DNA from: Pelomyxa schiedti
Taxonomy: Eukaryota; Protista; Evosea
DNA: 64,000 bases
Direction of reading: 5' to 3'
NCBI GenBank assembly: GCA_020536535.1
Contig: JAHLWZ010000016.1
Coordinates: 186,001-250,000, forward strand
A program made the position numbers and the translations under genes. Shown piece by piece: positions 1 to 12,749 of this stretch. Every line of letters begins with the position of its first letter. The stretch's first letter is position 1. The notes under the pieces are model-generated. The model saw nothing but the letters and a program-made list of their open reading frames with translations. It searched no databases and was not told the origin of the DNA.

Positions 1-3000
1 GTTGATTTGCGAGAAGATAGATGCTGCGAGTTCAACTGTGGTGCCATCTAAGTGAGTCCCAACAAGAACTATGTGAGGTTTTTCTGGAACCTCAATTCTA
101 CTTTTTGTGGCTTCCTTTTGGGAAACAGAAATCTGGTTCACCCAATATGTGATTTTTGGTGGAATGTTTAACTTTCCAGTGTCTGTTAGCTTTGCCAATG
201 CCACATCGAATAGAAGCAGAAATATAGAGTTGCTGCATAAGAAGAATTGATGTGAAGGATACAACACATCTTGGCCTCCTTAATTACTGTAAGGATAATC
301 AGTCTCACGGAGAAAGACAGACCTAAATCCCAGGCAACCCACATATGGTCACTCCTCTTCCTCAGTTTGAAGGGACTGTGAATAGCAACTCCATCTGTAG
401 CGAGATTCTTCCTCACATTTGCCAACTCCTTCATTTTCTGCATGCACCTCAGTAAAGTCGTCTTGCCCACACCACCATCCCCAACTAACAAGAGCTTGTG
501 ATTCTTCCACGGAACTGGTTCTTCTCCATTGAATTTAATAAAATGTGCCAGAACGTCCCAATGCTCATTTCGAAATCTCAGTGGAATGTTTTCCAATGGG
601 TTTCCTTCAAAAATAACTTTCTCAACTCGGTGCATCCACTGTGGTAGTTCATCGATGGCATTGAATGATATATCCAGCATTGAGCAAGAGATTCCACAAA
701 GAGCTGATGGGATGGTACGGAGTGAGAGGAAAGATAAATCCACATCTTGACCAGCCACTCCTCCTGCAAGGCATACTTCAGAAACAGCATCCCAGTTTTT
801 GCTTTTCACCCATTCTCGCAGAAGTAAGGACACAATGTGTCGAAGTGGGGCAGTATCTTTTGGGTGTAGAAGAAGTTGAATAATCTCCCGCACAGTTGAA
901 GGTCTCGCATTGCTGATGTCCAGGCCACCTTTAAACAGAAGAGATTCAATCATGACTTTGAAGGCAACTCCGCTTGGAGCTGTATGAAATGCAGTGTGCA
1001 GAATAGACAAGGCAGTTTCTTCGTCATCAATAAGTGCCACCTTCTTTATTGTAGTGGAACTTTGACTTACGCGAGGGATGTCTACTGCACTACTATCTGT
1101 TGGGAACAACTTGGCAAGTGACCGCGCTGAAGACCCTGAGCTAGAAGCAATACTAAAAATCTCGTCCAGCTCACTTGTTTCCAGCTCCTGCTGATTCCCA
1201 TGCAGGGTGCATGCAATAGAATTCATAAGTATGGCAAGCTCCACAGCATCGCCTGTCTTGATACAACTCCACAGCACCTTCACAAAGTCTGATCTTGTTC
1301 CGTGGCCAGAGAGGAGTGTGTTATGCTTTGTTTTGACTGCCTGAACTCGAGAAACGTTGGTTTCCAAGAAGGGTTTAATCTGAGCTTCAAACACTAGTGC
1401 CGCGGGTTGTTTGTAGGATGACAAAACGAGTGGCTTCCAAGAATCTCGATCCTCTGTCAAACAGCTCAGGAAAAGAGATACACAGAAGTAGTACCTTGGA
1501 GAATCCTTAAATATCTAAGAAACAAGTTACTCTTCAAAACAGCTGATAACGTTTAGAGGCTAAGGAGAAAATTCTTTCAGAGTACATTCCCAGTTGCTGA
1601 AAGTGGGGGGATCTGTATGAGGATACACAACAGAAAGTTTCTCAAGAGTGTGATGATTTTTCAATGCCTGAAGCATTTTTCCTCCTCCGTCAATGAATCT
1701 TGCTGGAGGTGAAGTTTATTTTTAGTCAAAGGGAAGCCAACACACAATCGAGACTGAGGCGTTTGAGGGTAAAATTCTTCTGTAAGTATCTGGGGAAAGA
1801 GAGACAAATATCAGGTAGGTAGCTTAGTTTGCCTGTCAGAGGGTAAAAGTGCACTACAAAGAAAGAAAGAAAAAAAAGAATTACGTGAAATGTCTAGTGC
1901 AGTAAGGTGATCCAAAACACGGAAAATGTGTGCTTCACATCCACGTGGCAAGGAATCTAGTGTGATTGTTTATGCTCTCTTCTTTTATATAATAAGGCAC
2001 TACGCTGGAGTATCAACTTGAGATTACTGTGTGGCATAGACTGTATTCCCACGGCAAGTGTTTTTATTGCTTCTTCTTCAATGAGAATACCTTAAGGAAA
2101 TCAATGATGTTTCTCAAAAAGATGACCAGTTCACTTGAGAGGTCCAGCTTATGCAAATAGGAGCAATGCTTCAGACTGTCTGCAATTTCAGTATAGATAG
2201 TGAGAAGCTCCTTGGTTGTGGCAAAAACTCCTGGGAAGGTCATGAAGTGGAGCCATTTTAATTTTCAACCGTTATACCACTCTCGTGCATTCCAATGCGA
2301 CATGTCAGCAAATGTTTGTTTTTAAAAATAGCCAAAAAAAGTCTATGATCAATGACACGAATGTCTGTAATGAAGCATTACAACAAAAAAAAAGGGGAAA
2401 ATCTTTCAAGCTTTCAACAGAAATGTCTAAGGGGAAATCAACTGCCAAATCTTCAACCACATCGTCCAAGGATTTAAATAGGCAAGAGTACAAGGTATCT
2501 GTGACGAAATTACCAAGCATCGAGATTAAATAGCATACCAATATCAATTACAATCTCCTTTCCTTTGCGTATAACCTGCTTATACTCATTTTCAAACCAG
2601 CTGTATTCAAACCATTGCTGTCTTCCTTCAGGGAATCAGTTAATTCTTAATCATACTAAAAAAAAAATACCATTCCAAGAAAAATGATTTTCAGAACAAA
2701 GAGGACGGAGATATTCACTTTCTGCTAATTGGAGTGCTTGCAAAAGAACAGCTTGAACCGATAAGGAATCACTTGGGGAGCACTTGATCAGTTTACTTGC
2801 ATGCAACTTCGAGAAGTGAGATAGGGATTGAGGGCAAAACATAACAACCATGGAAGCCATTGCGAAACCTTCAAGCAAGGAAACTTCACATCTTGCTTGT
2901 TGTTCCTCACTGGTACTTATCTCAGTGTCATTTGTGTAGGAAAATAGTTTACTTTGTGCAGGCCCTTCGACTGAGGACTCGTCAGTCCAATTAACGCATC

Positions 3001-3557
3001 CAACAAGCAAAAGAGGTGGAATGTGCATTTTGGGTGTGCAATGAGCCTGCTGCAAAAAATCTCCATATGCATAGTCCAACATGTGAGGTATTCTCAGAAA
3101 GAACTGCCGATTTGACATTGGGTACAAAACCACAATAACACCACATTGAATATGTTTCACTGCGAATCCACGTGGTTTATCATCAAGTCGCGTTGCTCTA
3201 GTTAAGGGGAGAAAAATTTAAAATGTTGCGAAAACTAGGGTAATCAAAAAGAAGGGATTAGACATTAAACCCTTACTAGTCCCACTCAGTTTAGGTTGTT
3301 TGTGCATTAGGTATATCTTACAGAATGAGATTGAGATTAGCAGGTATGCCGCCTTCTCTGACAAATGACACCTTAGTAACCCGGTTGTTCACAGGTCCAC
3401 TTTGTTGGTGCTCCAGCAGAGCAGCAGTAGCATCACGGGGACCGAGGTCACCCACAATGGCGTTGTAGGTAACTACGCTGGGGCACAAGATAAGACAAGG
3501 CACCACAGCTTGCATCATCCCAGGAGCGCGCTGTTGGTGTGGCGAGTCATGCGACAT
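1..3557 (-). CDS. ROCO-family protein (degenerate Rho-like domain, LRRs, Roc GTPase), multi-exon, 3' end runs off the window
   Basis: Roc motifs: KLLLVGDGGVGKTT (G1), WDLG (G3) and VLVGTHLD (G4, near nt 30-60), preceded by LRRs (LDISFNAIDELP, LEGNPLENIP). Upstream exons (2651-3160, 3318-3557) read as a decayed Rho fold (PLLLVG, EVSLLEGFAMA, LIKCSP) and splice in frame through a 25-nt intron at 2646-2670. Confidence 0.8.
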
Positions 3558-3808
3558 TTTACCATAACTACCTTCCTGGAATAAATTGGGAAATTGCCCC
3601 ATCAAGATCTTAGTAGATGCCCACTGTACCCTTCACTCAGGTCCTCATCAGAAGGGAGAATATTGACCACGTGCGAACCACTTGAAAACAATCGATCACC
3701 AGACTCCAGTATCTCATTACCAACTAGATTTTCGCCAAGTTACTAGCAGATTTAAACGTCTCCTGAAGAGCCGCGCTTAAAATTGAATTAATTAAAAGAG
3801 AAAGAAAC

Positions 3809-4951
3809 ATGGCGGAGGACCAGCCGTTGGTGGTCCAGATCCAATCCAATCGTGTCTACGATGACCGGGTGTTTTGTTGCTGTTGCAGGTTGGTTGGCCG
3901 AGATCTCATGTTGTGAACTGACTTTTCTTTTCATTTGTTCTGTTTGTTTTTGAATGAAATAGACGCAGCCCGCATGTGAGGTGTTTGATTTTTACTTTTT
4001 TGGTTGTTGGGAGCCTTATTTACTTGCCAATTGCACTGGTACCTTTCCTAGTAATAAGTTCAAAACAGAAATCCAATCAATAACATAACTATTTTATTTA
4101 ATCCTGTGAATACTGAACTGACAAACACTATTTGTGGACAACAGACAGTGCTCAGCTCAGTGGCCTGGTGTGACATTGCGGCTTACTGCGCAGTGGGTGT
4201 AACTTACCTTACATACTTTATTGACTGTGCATTTGGAATTACGTCGCGGCATCTCTGGTTCATGCGTGATGTGGAGAGTGTATTTGATTATGTCATAAGA
4301 ATCAAGTCGGTTCCTCCTCGTCTTTCGATTCACTGTGAATGTTATCACTATGAGGTATCTCTGTACTTTTTTGCATTTATTCTGCTGAGTGTGTCTTTTT
4401 TCATTGTCCAAGCACAGACTAGAACCAAATATATAACAGAGAGAGATTCACAAGGAAACACACATACAAGAACAGAAACCGAGACTGTGAAGGTTACAAC
4501 CTACACAGAAACAGAAAACTTCTCGTGAGTTCTTGGATTTTATCGAGTTCATTTGGAACTTACAGACCAAAGATATGATCGCTGGGATGACCAATCTGGA
4601 GACCTCACCACAGAAATTGCCTCCCGGCGCTACATCAAGGTTGATTATGAAAAGACTTGGCACTGTGGGGACAGCCACACTGAACATGCGTGGCAGAGGT
4701 TCCAGGATGTGTTCAATGCCAGGAACCAAAACAGAGACACACACTACAGCTGGTTCACCTCCTATTCCATTGATGGCCTTCATGACCACATGCTCTCGGT
4801 AACTGACCTCTCCAAAAAGTCACCTATGTTGGCCTGGCGGTGGTACTTTTTGTTCAGCCTTGTCCTATTATCCTATCCTTACAGAATGTGGGTAGAAGGA
4901 CTGGCTGACTATGCCAAATTCACGTTTTCCAAACGTGTATTCGTAAATTAA
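3809..4951 (+). CDS. TMEM151: TMEM151-family membrane protein
   Basis: Spliced product contains SIHCECYHYE...TRTETETVKVTTYTETENF and ends WYFLFSLVLLSYPYRMWVEGLADYAKFTFSKRVF, matching the TMEM151 pattern (HCYHY...FWAAALLTLSWPLRV...YHVEKLF). Confidence 0.8.
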
Positions 4952-5104
4952 AAAGATGAATTTGGCGAGTCGAAACCTTCGTGGGTTTCTTCTGATCATC
5001 TTGTACAGTGATTAGCTCTTCTTTATCGTGCATTAGCAAAGAGCCCTAAAATGAAAACAAAAAGAAAGTTCAATTGTGTTTTCCTGTGGCCTTTTTGGCT
5101 TGCA

Positions 5105-7692
5105 TCACTCTGAAGATGCTGGAGTTGGTTGTGTTGTTGTTACTGGTGGAAGCTCAGAGGGTGATTCCGTTGGTTGTTGTTTTGTTTGTTGGTCCTGTGC
5201 CTTAATGGAAGTACTGCTTGGGGGTTCCGGCAAAGTCTCGGGAGGAGTGATTCGTGGAAGCAGGGAGCTCAAAGGGCTGGTGAGATTAGTGGTGTTGATA
5301 AGCGGGGCCTCTGCATGGTAAACTGTGTCAAATGATTTGCTGAGATACGGTATCATTGTGTCACAGACAACCTGGTGTTGTGTTAGGATCAGCTGTTGGG
5401 TTGTGGGGAAGTACCAATGCCAGCGACACTATCCCAGACGGGGAGCTTGATGGTACTGTAGTTTGGTGAGTAGTAACACATGAAACTACGGCGGAGACCA
5501 CTATTTGGAATGCTTGGGTAAGCACCTGTTTTTGTTGAAGGAAAAAGGAAGCACAGGGGTATTGTACCTGCGATAACTGTGGAATAATAGCGGTAGCAGC
5601 ACAACTACGAAGCTCATTCAGTGCAGCCAACACTTTGTTAGTTAGTGTGGACACTGGAAGGTAGTCGGCCAGTGATGACGGTGGACTACTAGGTGAAGGT
5701 GAAGGTAGTGGTGCATTACTAGATAAAGTTATGTTGCTATCAGAAGATGGGGTGTTCAAGAGTCCTTGAGGCTGAATGGTGGTTGTGGGAGACTTGGGTG
5801 TGAAAGATATTGGTTTGTAATTTGGGAGGTCTTGTGCAAATTGTTGTGCTGCTTCCGACACAGAAGATCCAAAAACAGAGATAATACGCTGGGAAAAAAT
5901 AGGAAGGAAAACACCTGGGCATAATTTTGAATAACCTTTTCCTTTTGTCTGGGCAAACACACCACGGAAATCCAATCCCGAGTGTGCCAAGCTTGCCGCC
6001 GCATACATTGTCTGGTCTGCTAATGTGCCCACAAGTGACAGTTCGCTAATTCGTGAGATATTTCTGAAAAGCTTGTAAGGAAAAGCAAATTAATATGTGC
6101 TAACAATGAAATGGTATCATGTAGCCAGGACACTTGTTGGGTGACATAGGAGTACAAAAGAGAGGACACTTCCTGGGAATAGTTGCTTTTAATAAAGCTG
6201 AGGATAAATTAATTGGGGTACCATATCAGTGTTGGAAGCTCCTTGAACAAGAAAAAGGGCTCGATATTGCGTTACGCAGTCGAACATGTGTTCCCGGAAT
6301 TTATCAACAACTGTGGTGAGCTTTTTTGACTTAAAATAGAAAGGGATATTCGAGGCATTGGTACATAATTATATGGATTTGTTTCCTGCAATGGCGCTAC
6401 TGAAGACATGAAACACGCTTTTTTGCATGCTAAAAACGTGAAACGCAATTCTTGAGGACTGTACACATCCATTTTCTTCAATAGTAATACACTCTGTGAA
6501 ACAAAAGAAAGGTAAAGAATAGTTTGCCTATATCAGCAGATTACCTTGGCCACTGACGGAAGCTGGAGGGGTGTACATAATGACTGTTCGATGTATTGCT
6601 GTAGAACTACCTCCAGTTGAGACGTTTCACTGGCCTAACTTGACAGCAAATAACTATTAGATATAGCATGAAAAGTTCAGTGTGTAAGAAATGCGATGAT
6701 TGTGAGGGCATTACAATCAACTGTAACAGCTTGATGGAGGGATTTTGATTCAATTGCTTTCGAGCATGTTGTGAGAGGACAAGAGCTTCTTCGTACGCCT
6801 TCTTTGATTTAAACAGGGAAAAAAAAAACAGTCAATAGAACCTGGTTTCTGATGCATGCATCCATAAGTTGGGGTATTTCAAGAATTTCAATGACTGATT
6901 GCAGATTATTCAAAATTGTGGAAGAGTTTCTGCTCTTCGCCAAAAACTGTTTGCCATCCTCCAGAAATTTGTGGAAGTGTGTCTTTTTTTTCATTTAGAC
7001 AGAAGTATTTAGGGGTGGAATAGGAAAAACTACTGAAAGATTAGTTATTGTCTCGGACATATGAACAAGCTGATGAGATGTCATATGGTCTAGCCTGGTT
7101 TGCATCCCAGCGATGCACTCTGATGTTCTCACGAACGAACGGTAGTTGTCTCTAGCCAGTGCCTAGACATAGGTGACTATGAGTGATTCCAATCATAGTA
7201 TCTTGCTCACCTGACTGGCAGCCTTGTTTCTCTGGAGGTTCTCATGCATTAATTCGAGTTCGGACCCCATCCGGTCAAGGCTTAGTGAATTAATAACCTA
7301 CTTCTACAAAACGAAACGCGATACCTAAAGGTTGAAACAGCATGCGAAATGTAACGCGCGTACTCAGGGGCCACCAACTCCGGTTTTGTAAGTCTCCCTC
7401 GCGACGCCAAAACATTCAAGACGCTGCACCACAATGAGGGAAAAAAAAAGATAAAAAGGAAGACGGTAGACGTACTGCATCCCCGACACCTCTTTCTCGT
7501 CGGGATCTCCTGTGCTTGCTGTCGCTTCTCCGCTATTCGCATGAGCCATGACTCGCCCTTTCGATTGCCAAAGGAAATTGAATCAAATTGAAGCTTTAGA
7601 TTTCCGTTCGTACCGCCCTGTGGCACCAGTTCCCTGCCTCCGTTTTTTGTAACAAAAAAGTCGTGCAATGATGTTGTTTGGAAGATATCCAT
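5105..7692 (-). CDS. COG8: Conserved oligomeric Golgi complex subunit 8 (Dor1 family)
   Basis: ALARDNYRSFV, VIEILEIPQLMDACIRN, SLAHSGLDFRG, VLAALNELRSC and MIPYLSKSF match COG8 blocks in order across about 8 exons. Confidence 0.85.
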
Positions 7693-7763
7693 TTATGAAC
7701 AATTAGGAATTAGGATTGTTGTGGTGTAGACTTACAGACTTACATTTGTTGAAAAAATGGGTA

Positions 7764-8497
7764 CTAGGGGAGATCATCTAGTTCGGCGTCAGTGGTGTCC
7801 TTCTTGCTTCTATCAGGTAGGTTGTACTTCTTCCTGATTTCCTCCCTCTTCTTTGCATATTCTGATTCGTGGTCTTTGCCTTTCCTCCTGCGAGAAGAGC
7901 TGTCGCCAATGACACTTTCTCCAGATGCTGCATCCAGAGGAGCGAAATCCTTTTTGGATTTGCAGCACCTTTTCCGGCAACAGCAACAACAGCATATCAA
8001 AAAGAATGATATCAATGCCAATCCCGCAGTCAAACCAAGTGCTATATACAATGCCACTGCCCCAGTAACTAAATCCATATTAGCACCGTGTACTTACCCA
8101 TCTCCACATATATATATATATATATCTTTCTATATCAACACAAAAACAGCACCAGCAATAACAATAAGAAACAGTAAATTCAACCTGAGCACTGGGTCCA
8201 GTACCACTGGCCGCTCCCACAATCGAAGAAACTCCCTTGGTCGGGCCCAGTCCACCCCCCGGCGACGCACTGGGAGTCACACCACACGCACCCAGAATCC
8301 CCAGTGCACTCATCACACCCCCCGGCCGTGTAGGTGCTGCAGTTCACTGCCGCCGGCTGGCCAGACGACACCGAGCTGTGCCCCCCAGTCCCCGACCCAG
8401 ACGTCTTGGACGTGGCGGAAGCAGTACTTCCCTGCGCATCCACGCACACCAAGAAACAAAACGCGGCAACAGCCACGCACAGAGGTTTGCCAATCAT
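7764..8497 (-). CDS. PTTG1IP-like (PSI domain) type I membrane protein
   Basis: Signal peptide, PSI-like CSTY..CDECTGDSGCVWC....C...C...WYWTQC, one TM helix, CCCCCCRKRCC, and the C-terminal EYAKKREEIRKKYNL typical of PTTG1IP. Confidence 0.75.
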
Positions 8498-8651
8498 TTG
8501 TTTTTTTTCCCCCTTTATTGTTGCCCGTTGTTTTTTTTCGTTTTTGCTTTGTTCAGGGATAGGATCTTTATTTTTTTGTTCCTTATGGGGGTGGGGGGGT
8601 TCAGTATTAACAGGTGAAAAAAACAGATTTTGGGGAAGAGTCCTAAGCAGC

Positions 8652-9766
8652 TCAGAAGCGCCTAGTGCGACGATGGCAGTGTGGGGCTTCCCCTCGGCGA
8701 AAGTAGTATTCCTGGTGATAGTCCTCTGCTGGGAAGAACTCAGGGGCAGGGTGTGTGGCTCTGGTCTGGACTTTCTGGCCTTTGGAACGCAGCTCCTTTA
8801 TCAGGCTTTCCACTACTGCCACTTGCCCAGAGTCAAAACAGAACACCTCAGACCTATACTGGTCTCCAACATCAGGACCTTGCCGGTTCAGCTGTTTTCA
8901 GCACGTTAGCCGAGACTATCCACATGATGCTAAATAGAAAATACCTGGCTTGGGTCATGTATTTCGAAGAATGTACGGCACAACGCTTCATAAGTGACAC
9001 GAGAAGGATCAAATACAACCAAAACGGTCTCTGCATGGCCAGTATCACCTTCACAGACTTGCTCATAGGTAGGATTTGGTAGTCTGCCGCCAGTAAATCC
9101 GCAAGTGGTGCTCACAACACCAGGCATTTTGGCTAAGTAGTACTCAACCTTCCATTTTTGTTGGAAATTGCATTCACTATGATTTTACTGTGGAATCAGA
9201 CTCACCCCCCAAAAGCAGCCGCCTGCAAAAAGAGCTCGTTGCAGAACTTCACTTGGTTGATGTGTAAACTTCAGTGAGAGTGAATTGACACAATGCCTAG
9301 TATTGGTAGCAGTGAACTGCTCTCCCTCAAAGACATGACCAAGGTGTCCCCCACATTTCCCACAAGTTATCTCTTCAGGATAAAAAGTAGTTGTTAGATA
9401 TAAACAAAAAAAAAAAAATCCCACACAAAAACCCTACAAGTTCCTTTTTCAAACATATGACATTAAAGAAAAGGAGCACAACCAAGGTTAATAATAGCCA
9501 ACAACAGCACAAATATGCACACCAGTTCTGGAACCATCTGGGCGTCTCGAAACAGCCCCTTTTGAAACCTCTGCATCAAAAGCGGGCCAGCCGCACTCAG
9601 AGTCGAATTTTGAGGAGTACAAATACAGAGGGTTTCCACAGCGTCTGCAGGAATATGTGCCTCTCTCGAAGTGATCACAAAAACGGCCACTGTGGGGCCG
9701 CTCTGTGCCCCTCCCCACAAGAACACTTCGTTCTGCCTCTGTGAGCGAGTTATGGGATGTTGCCAT
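8652..9766 (-). CDS. msrBA: Bifunctional methionine sulfoxide reductase, MsrB-MsrA fusion (3 introns)
   Basis: MsrB: [47 protein letters not shown]. MsrA: [55 protein letters not shown]. The three GT-AG introns splice in frame. Confidence 0.95.
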
Positions 9767-10336
9767 TGGTTGATGGTATTCGTGTGCTTGAAATGGTGTG
9801 GCTTTTTTAAATAGATTTTGGTGTTGGGTTAGCAATGGCGTCTATTAAAACACCCACAAGTCGTGTCTCTCGAACGGCATTCGCCCTCTCTTCTTGTAAC
9901 CAGCTCCAAACCAAGTTTTTTTTCCTGGTGAATCACAGAAGGAGTCAGACTGAGTTTTCCTTGAGAGTGCAGATCTCAAACATGAGTGTTGGTAACCCAA
10001 GAGGGGAAATACCTCGTCCATGAGATGACAGAAACCACCAAGTTCCGACCGCGGAAAAGAATCCTAGTTGTGTCAGAAAAGCACAGTTGCCGCAGATCAA
10101 AAAAAGAAAAAACCTTGAAGCATTTTTTTTTAGTTTTACAACCTCCAGCAACAACAACATCAACCAACCAAACCCCGACAACCCCCGCGACTTCGCCTCC
10201 GTCAAGATCTACCCCAAATTCCTCTCCGCTTTTCTTTAAGACAAAAAACAACCTACAAAGTCGACTTCCTATTTGTCTACGACACCGCCGTCAAGCCGAA
10301 CAAACAAAAACCCCTTCAAAACCCATCAAACCAAGC

Positions 10337-11524
10337 ATGTCTAACGTTCAAGTCGTTGTCATCTTCTTGCCAGCAACAACCGTGGAATCATTCAACTCCG
10401 AGGTATCGCTCTTTGCCTATCAAATTAAGTTTTAACGACTTTTCTTTTTTAGCTTTACGCTGCTCTCGTCCAGAAAGTGGCGCCCTCTAAGCAGCACATC
10501 CAAGAAAAGGCCTCATTCTCCGTAAATGGAGCCTCATTCGATGCCGTTGTTTTCAAGCCTGCTTCCGAGAAGCAGACTGCCTTTGCTGCTCGTCCTGCTA
10601 AGCAAGTGGAGCAGGTTGTTGCGGTCAACAACCTTTGTCGCAGGAGGTTTGTACCTCTTCCGGGTGGTTGTTGATTTGCTCACCGTTTTCCAGGCTGGAC
10701 GAGCAGCGTCTTCTTTGTGGTTCTACGACGCCCATGGTCACCAAAACTTGTGAAACTAGGGAAGGTGAGCAGCGTTTTGAGGTGGCCCCTAAGAGGCATT
10801 CTGTTCGACGCGTCGTTAGCCAGCGCTTTGTTAACCACCGTATGCCAGCTTCCGACCTAAGCTTTGCACTTACATATCTGTTTTAGGCGTCGTCAAGCAG
10901 TGTCTTATTATCGCTTCGGGCGTTCCGCAGTGTGTTCCTTGTGTTTTACGTGATCCAACTTGCCCGACTACTCAGAGCATCAACACAGAGACCACCCCAG
11001 TCGCGTGCATGGGCGTCGGTCAGTGTTTTGGCACGCGCCTTCTGCAGGCTCAAGAGCAGCAGCGTGTTCAGAGTTGCTATCTTTATCGTCGCATACCGGT
11101 CGACCAGCAGCGTTCCTCCTCGGTCGACAAGTGGTGTTTTGATAAGTGCCGCTGGCAGTGTGAAAAGCGCTCTGACGACTCCTCGCGTCTTTCGAAGCTG
11201 CCCTCAGAAGACAATAATTGCGAAAATACCCAGGGCGAAATGCATCATGAAAGAATGGAAATGCACCAGAGCCTTCATTGCCGCTTTGTACCGGTGGACG
11301 AGCTGTGTCTTTTTGGAGGTGCCTATGCCGCTTGTGCTGCTATTCGGCGCCGGGCAGGAGCCCCATGCGCTATCTCATTCATTCCTGGCAGTGGTAGTAA
11401 ACAGAGCCGCAGTGGTCGCTTTGTGCATGATTCCAAACCTGGGAAAGACCAATCCGCGCCAGTGGTCGCTGAGGCCCGCCTTTTGGCGGAGACCCAGCGT
11501 CGCTTGCTCTTGCATACTTTATAA
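10337..11524 (+). CDS. Hypothetical Cys-rich protein (4 exons); may be the 5' part of the downstream AAC4-like gene
   Basis: An ATG at 10337 and three canonical introns give a continuous frame MSNVQVV...ELYAALVQKVAP...LCRRRLDEQ...ETREGVVKQC...LLLHTL*. No recognisable domain. Confidence 0.5.
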
Positions 11525-11786
11525 GAGCTGTGCCATTGCACAGCTCCAGCAGCAAACACATTCATGCTGCTGCATTACAACACCAAAATACACCAATCAA
11601 CCAACTGTCTCAACCACACAAACATCAACAGCCTCACCCAACTCTTACCAATGTATTATACTGACAATCTTGCTGCATCCATCTGAATGTTTAATAGTTG
11701 CTGGTTTCTCAAATGATAGCATCTCCCCAAGTACATCTTTTCAGCGTTTAGTCAGAGAATCTCTCTGCTTTCTCTTGTTCACTGAG

Positions 11787-12749
11787 CTCAAGCCTTATTC
11801 ATGCCACAGCCTGAATGTTGCTCATAAAAGAGAACTGAAAAAAGGAGTGAAAGAATCCAAAGCCGAACTGAAGAAAAAGAAACTTGCTCTAAGTGCTGCT
11901 GCCAAGAAAAAACCTTTGGTTTACGATGCTGAAGCACTCAGACTTACTGAAGAGGCTTTCCGTGTTCCTCGTTTAAGCCATACATTCACTTCTTCCTTCG
12001 CAATTAGCAGTTCGTTAATGAACAGATTCCAATTCGAGTACGCTTGTTTCTTGTGTCAACGTATATCTAATGTTCATTAACAGGAAAATGATTAGAACCA
12101 AGACAAGCTGCGGAATTCTCTATAACGTGTTTGAAGGGATGAAACGACAAGCTACCGTTGAGAAATACCTTTCCGCAAGTGGTAAAAGAATGCTGGATAC
12201 CCCTAACGCTGGGGGGAATTCCATTTGGAGTGAAGTCTTGTCTCTGGAAATGCTTGCTTCAGAATTCGGTGCCAAGTTACAACGAACAGAGACTGAAATC
12301 GAGTACGACATGCAGTGCAAAATCACTGATTACTCCATTTGTATTCACCACCCTCCCAACAACCTAATTTCTAACATTGCTTTCCCAGCTGTTTACGGGC
12401 ATCACATTGGGGTCAGTGTTACCCGTCTCATCAACTTCCGGGATTTGCCAACCAAGAACTGCAAGATAGAATTTTCCGCTGAAGAAGTCAATCGACTCCT
12501 GGTCAAGAAGCTTTTCGGCATTAATGTGTCTACCAAGTTCGTTTCCGATGCCCACAAGTGGGAGAAGCAGATATTGCACGTTCTCACCACCTCTGAATCA
12601 GCAGCAAGAGAAGTTTACGCACAGTATTGCATGATGGACAAAGAGTTGAGGGTACGCCCACACATCAGCCTATGAAACCTACTAACGTTACACAGGCCAA
12701 TTCCATAGTTCTGGTGAGCTGTTGCAAGAACTTTGAGTGGCTTTTCTAG
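11787..12749 (+). CDS. AAC-rich mRNA clone AAC4-like protein; true start upstream and uncertain
   Basis: PNAGGNSIWSEVLSLEML, TETEIEY, ITDY, GVSVTR, LLVKKLFGI, WEKQILHV and the spliced end LRANSIVLVSCCKNFEWLF* match the Dictyostelium AAC4 family signature as recalled. Confidence 0.75.

Noticed and set aside
8105-8126. (TA)n microsatellite and numerous poly-T/poly-A runs
   Set aside because: These are ordinary intronic or intergenic simple repeats.
8652-9766. MsrBA as bacterial contamination, or as a selenoprotein
   Set aside because: It has three spliceosomal introns and eukaryotic neighbours. The catalytic residues are Cys codons, with no in-frame TGA.
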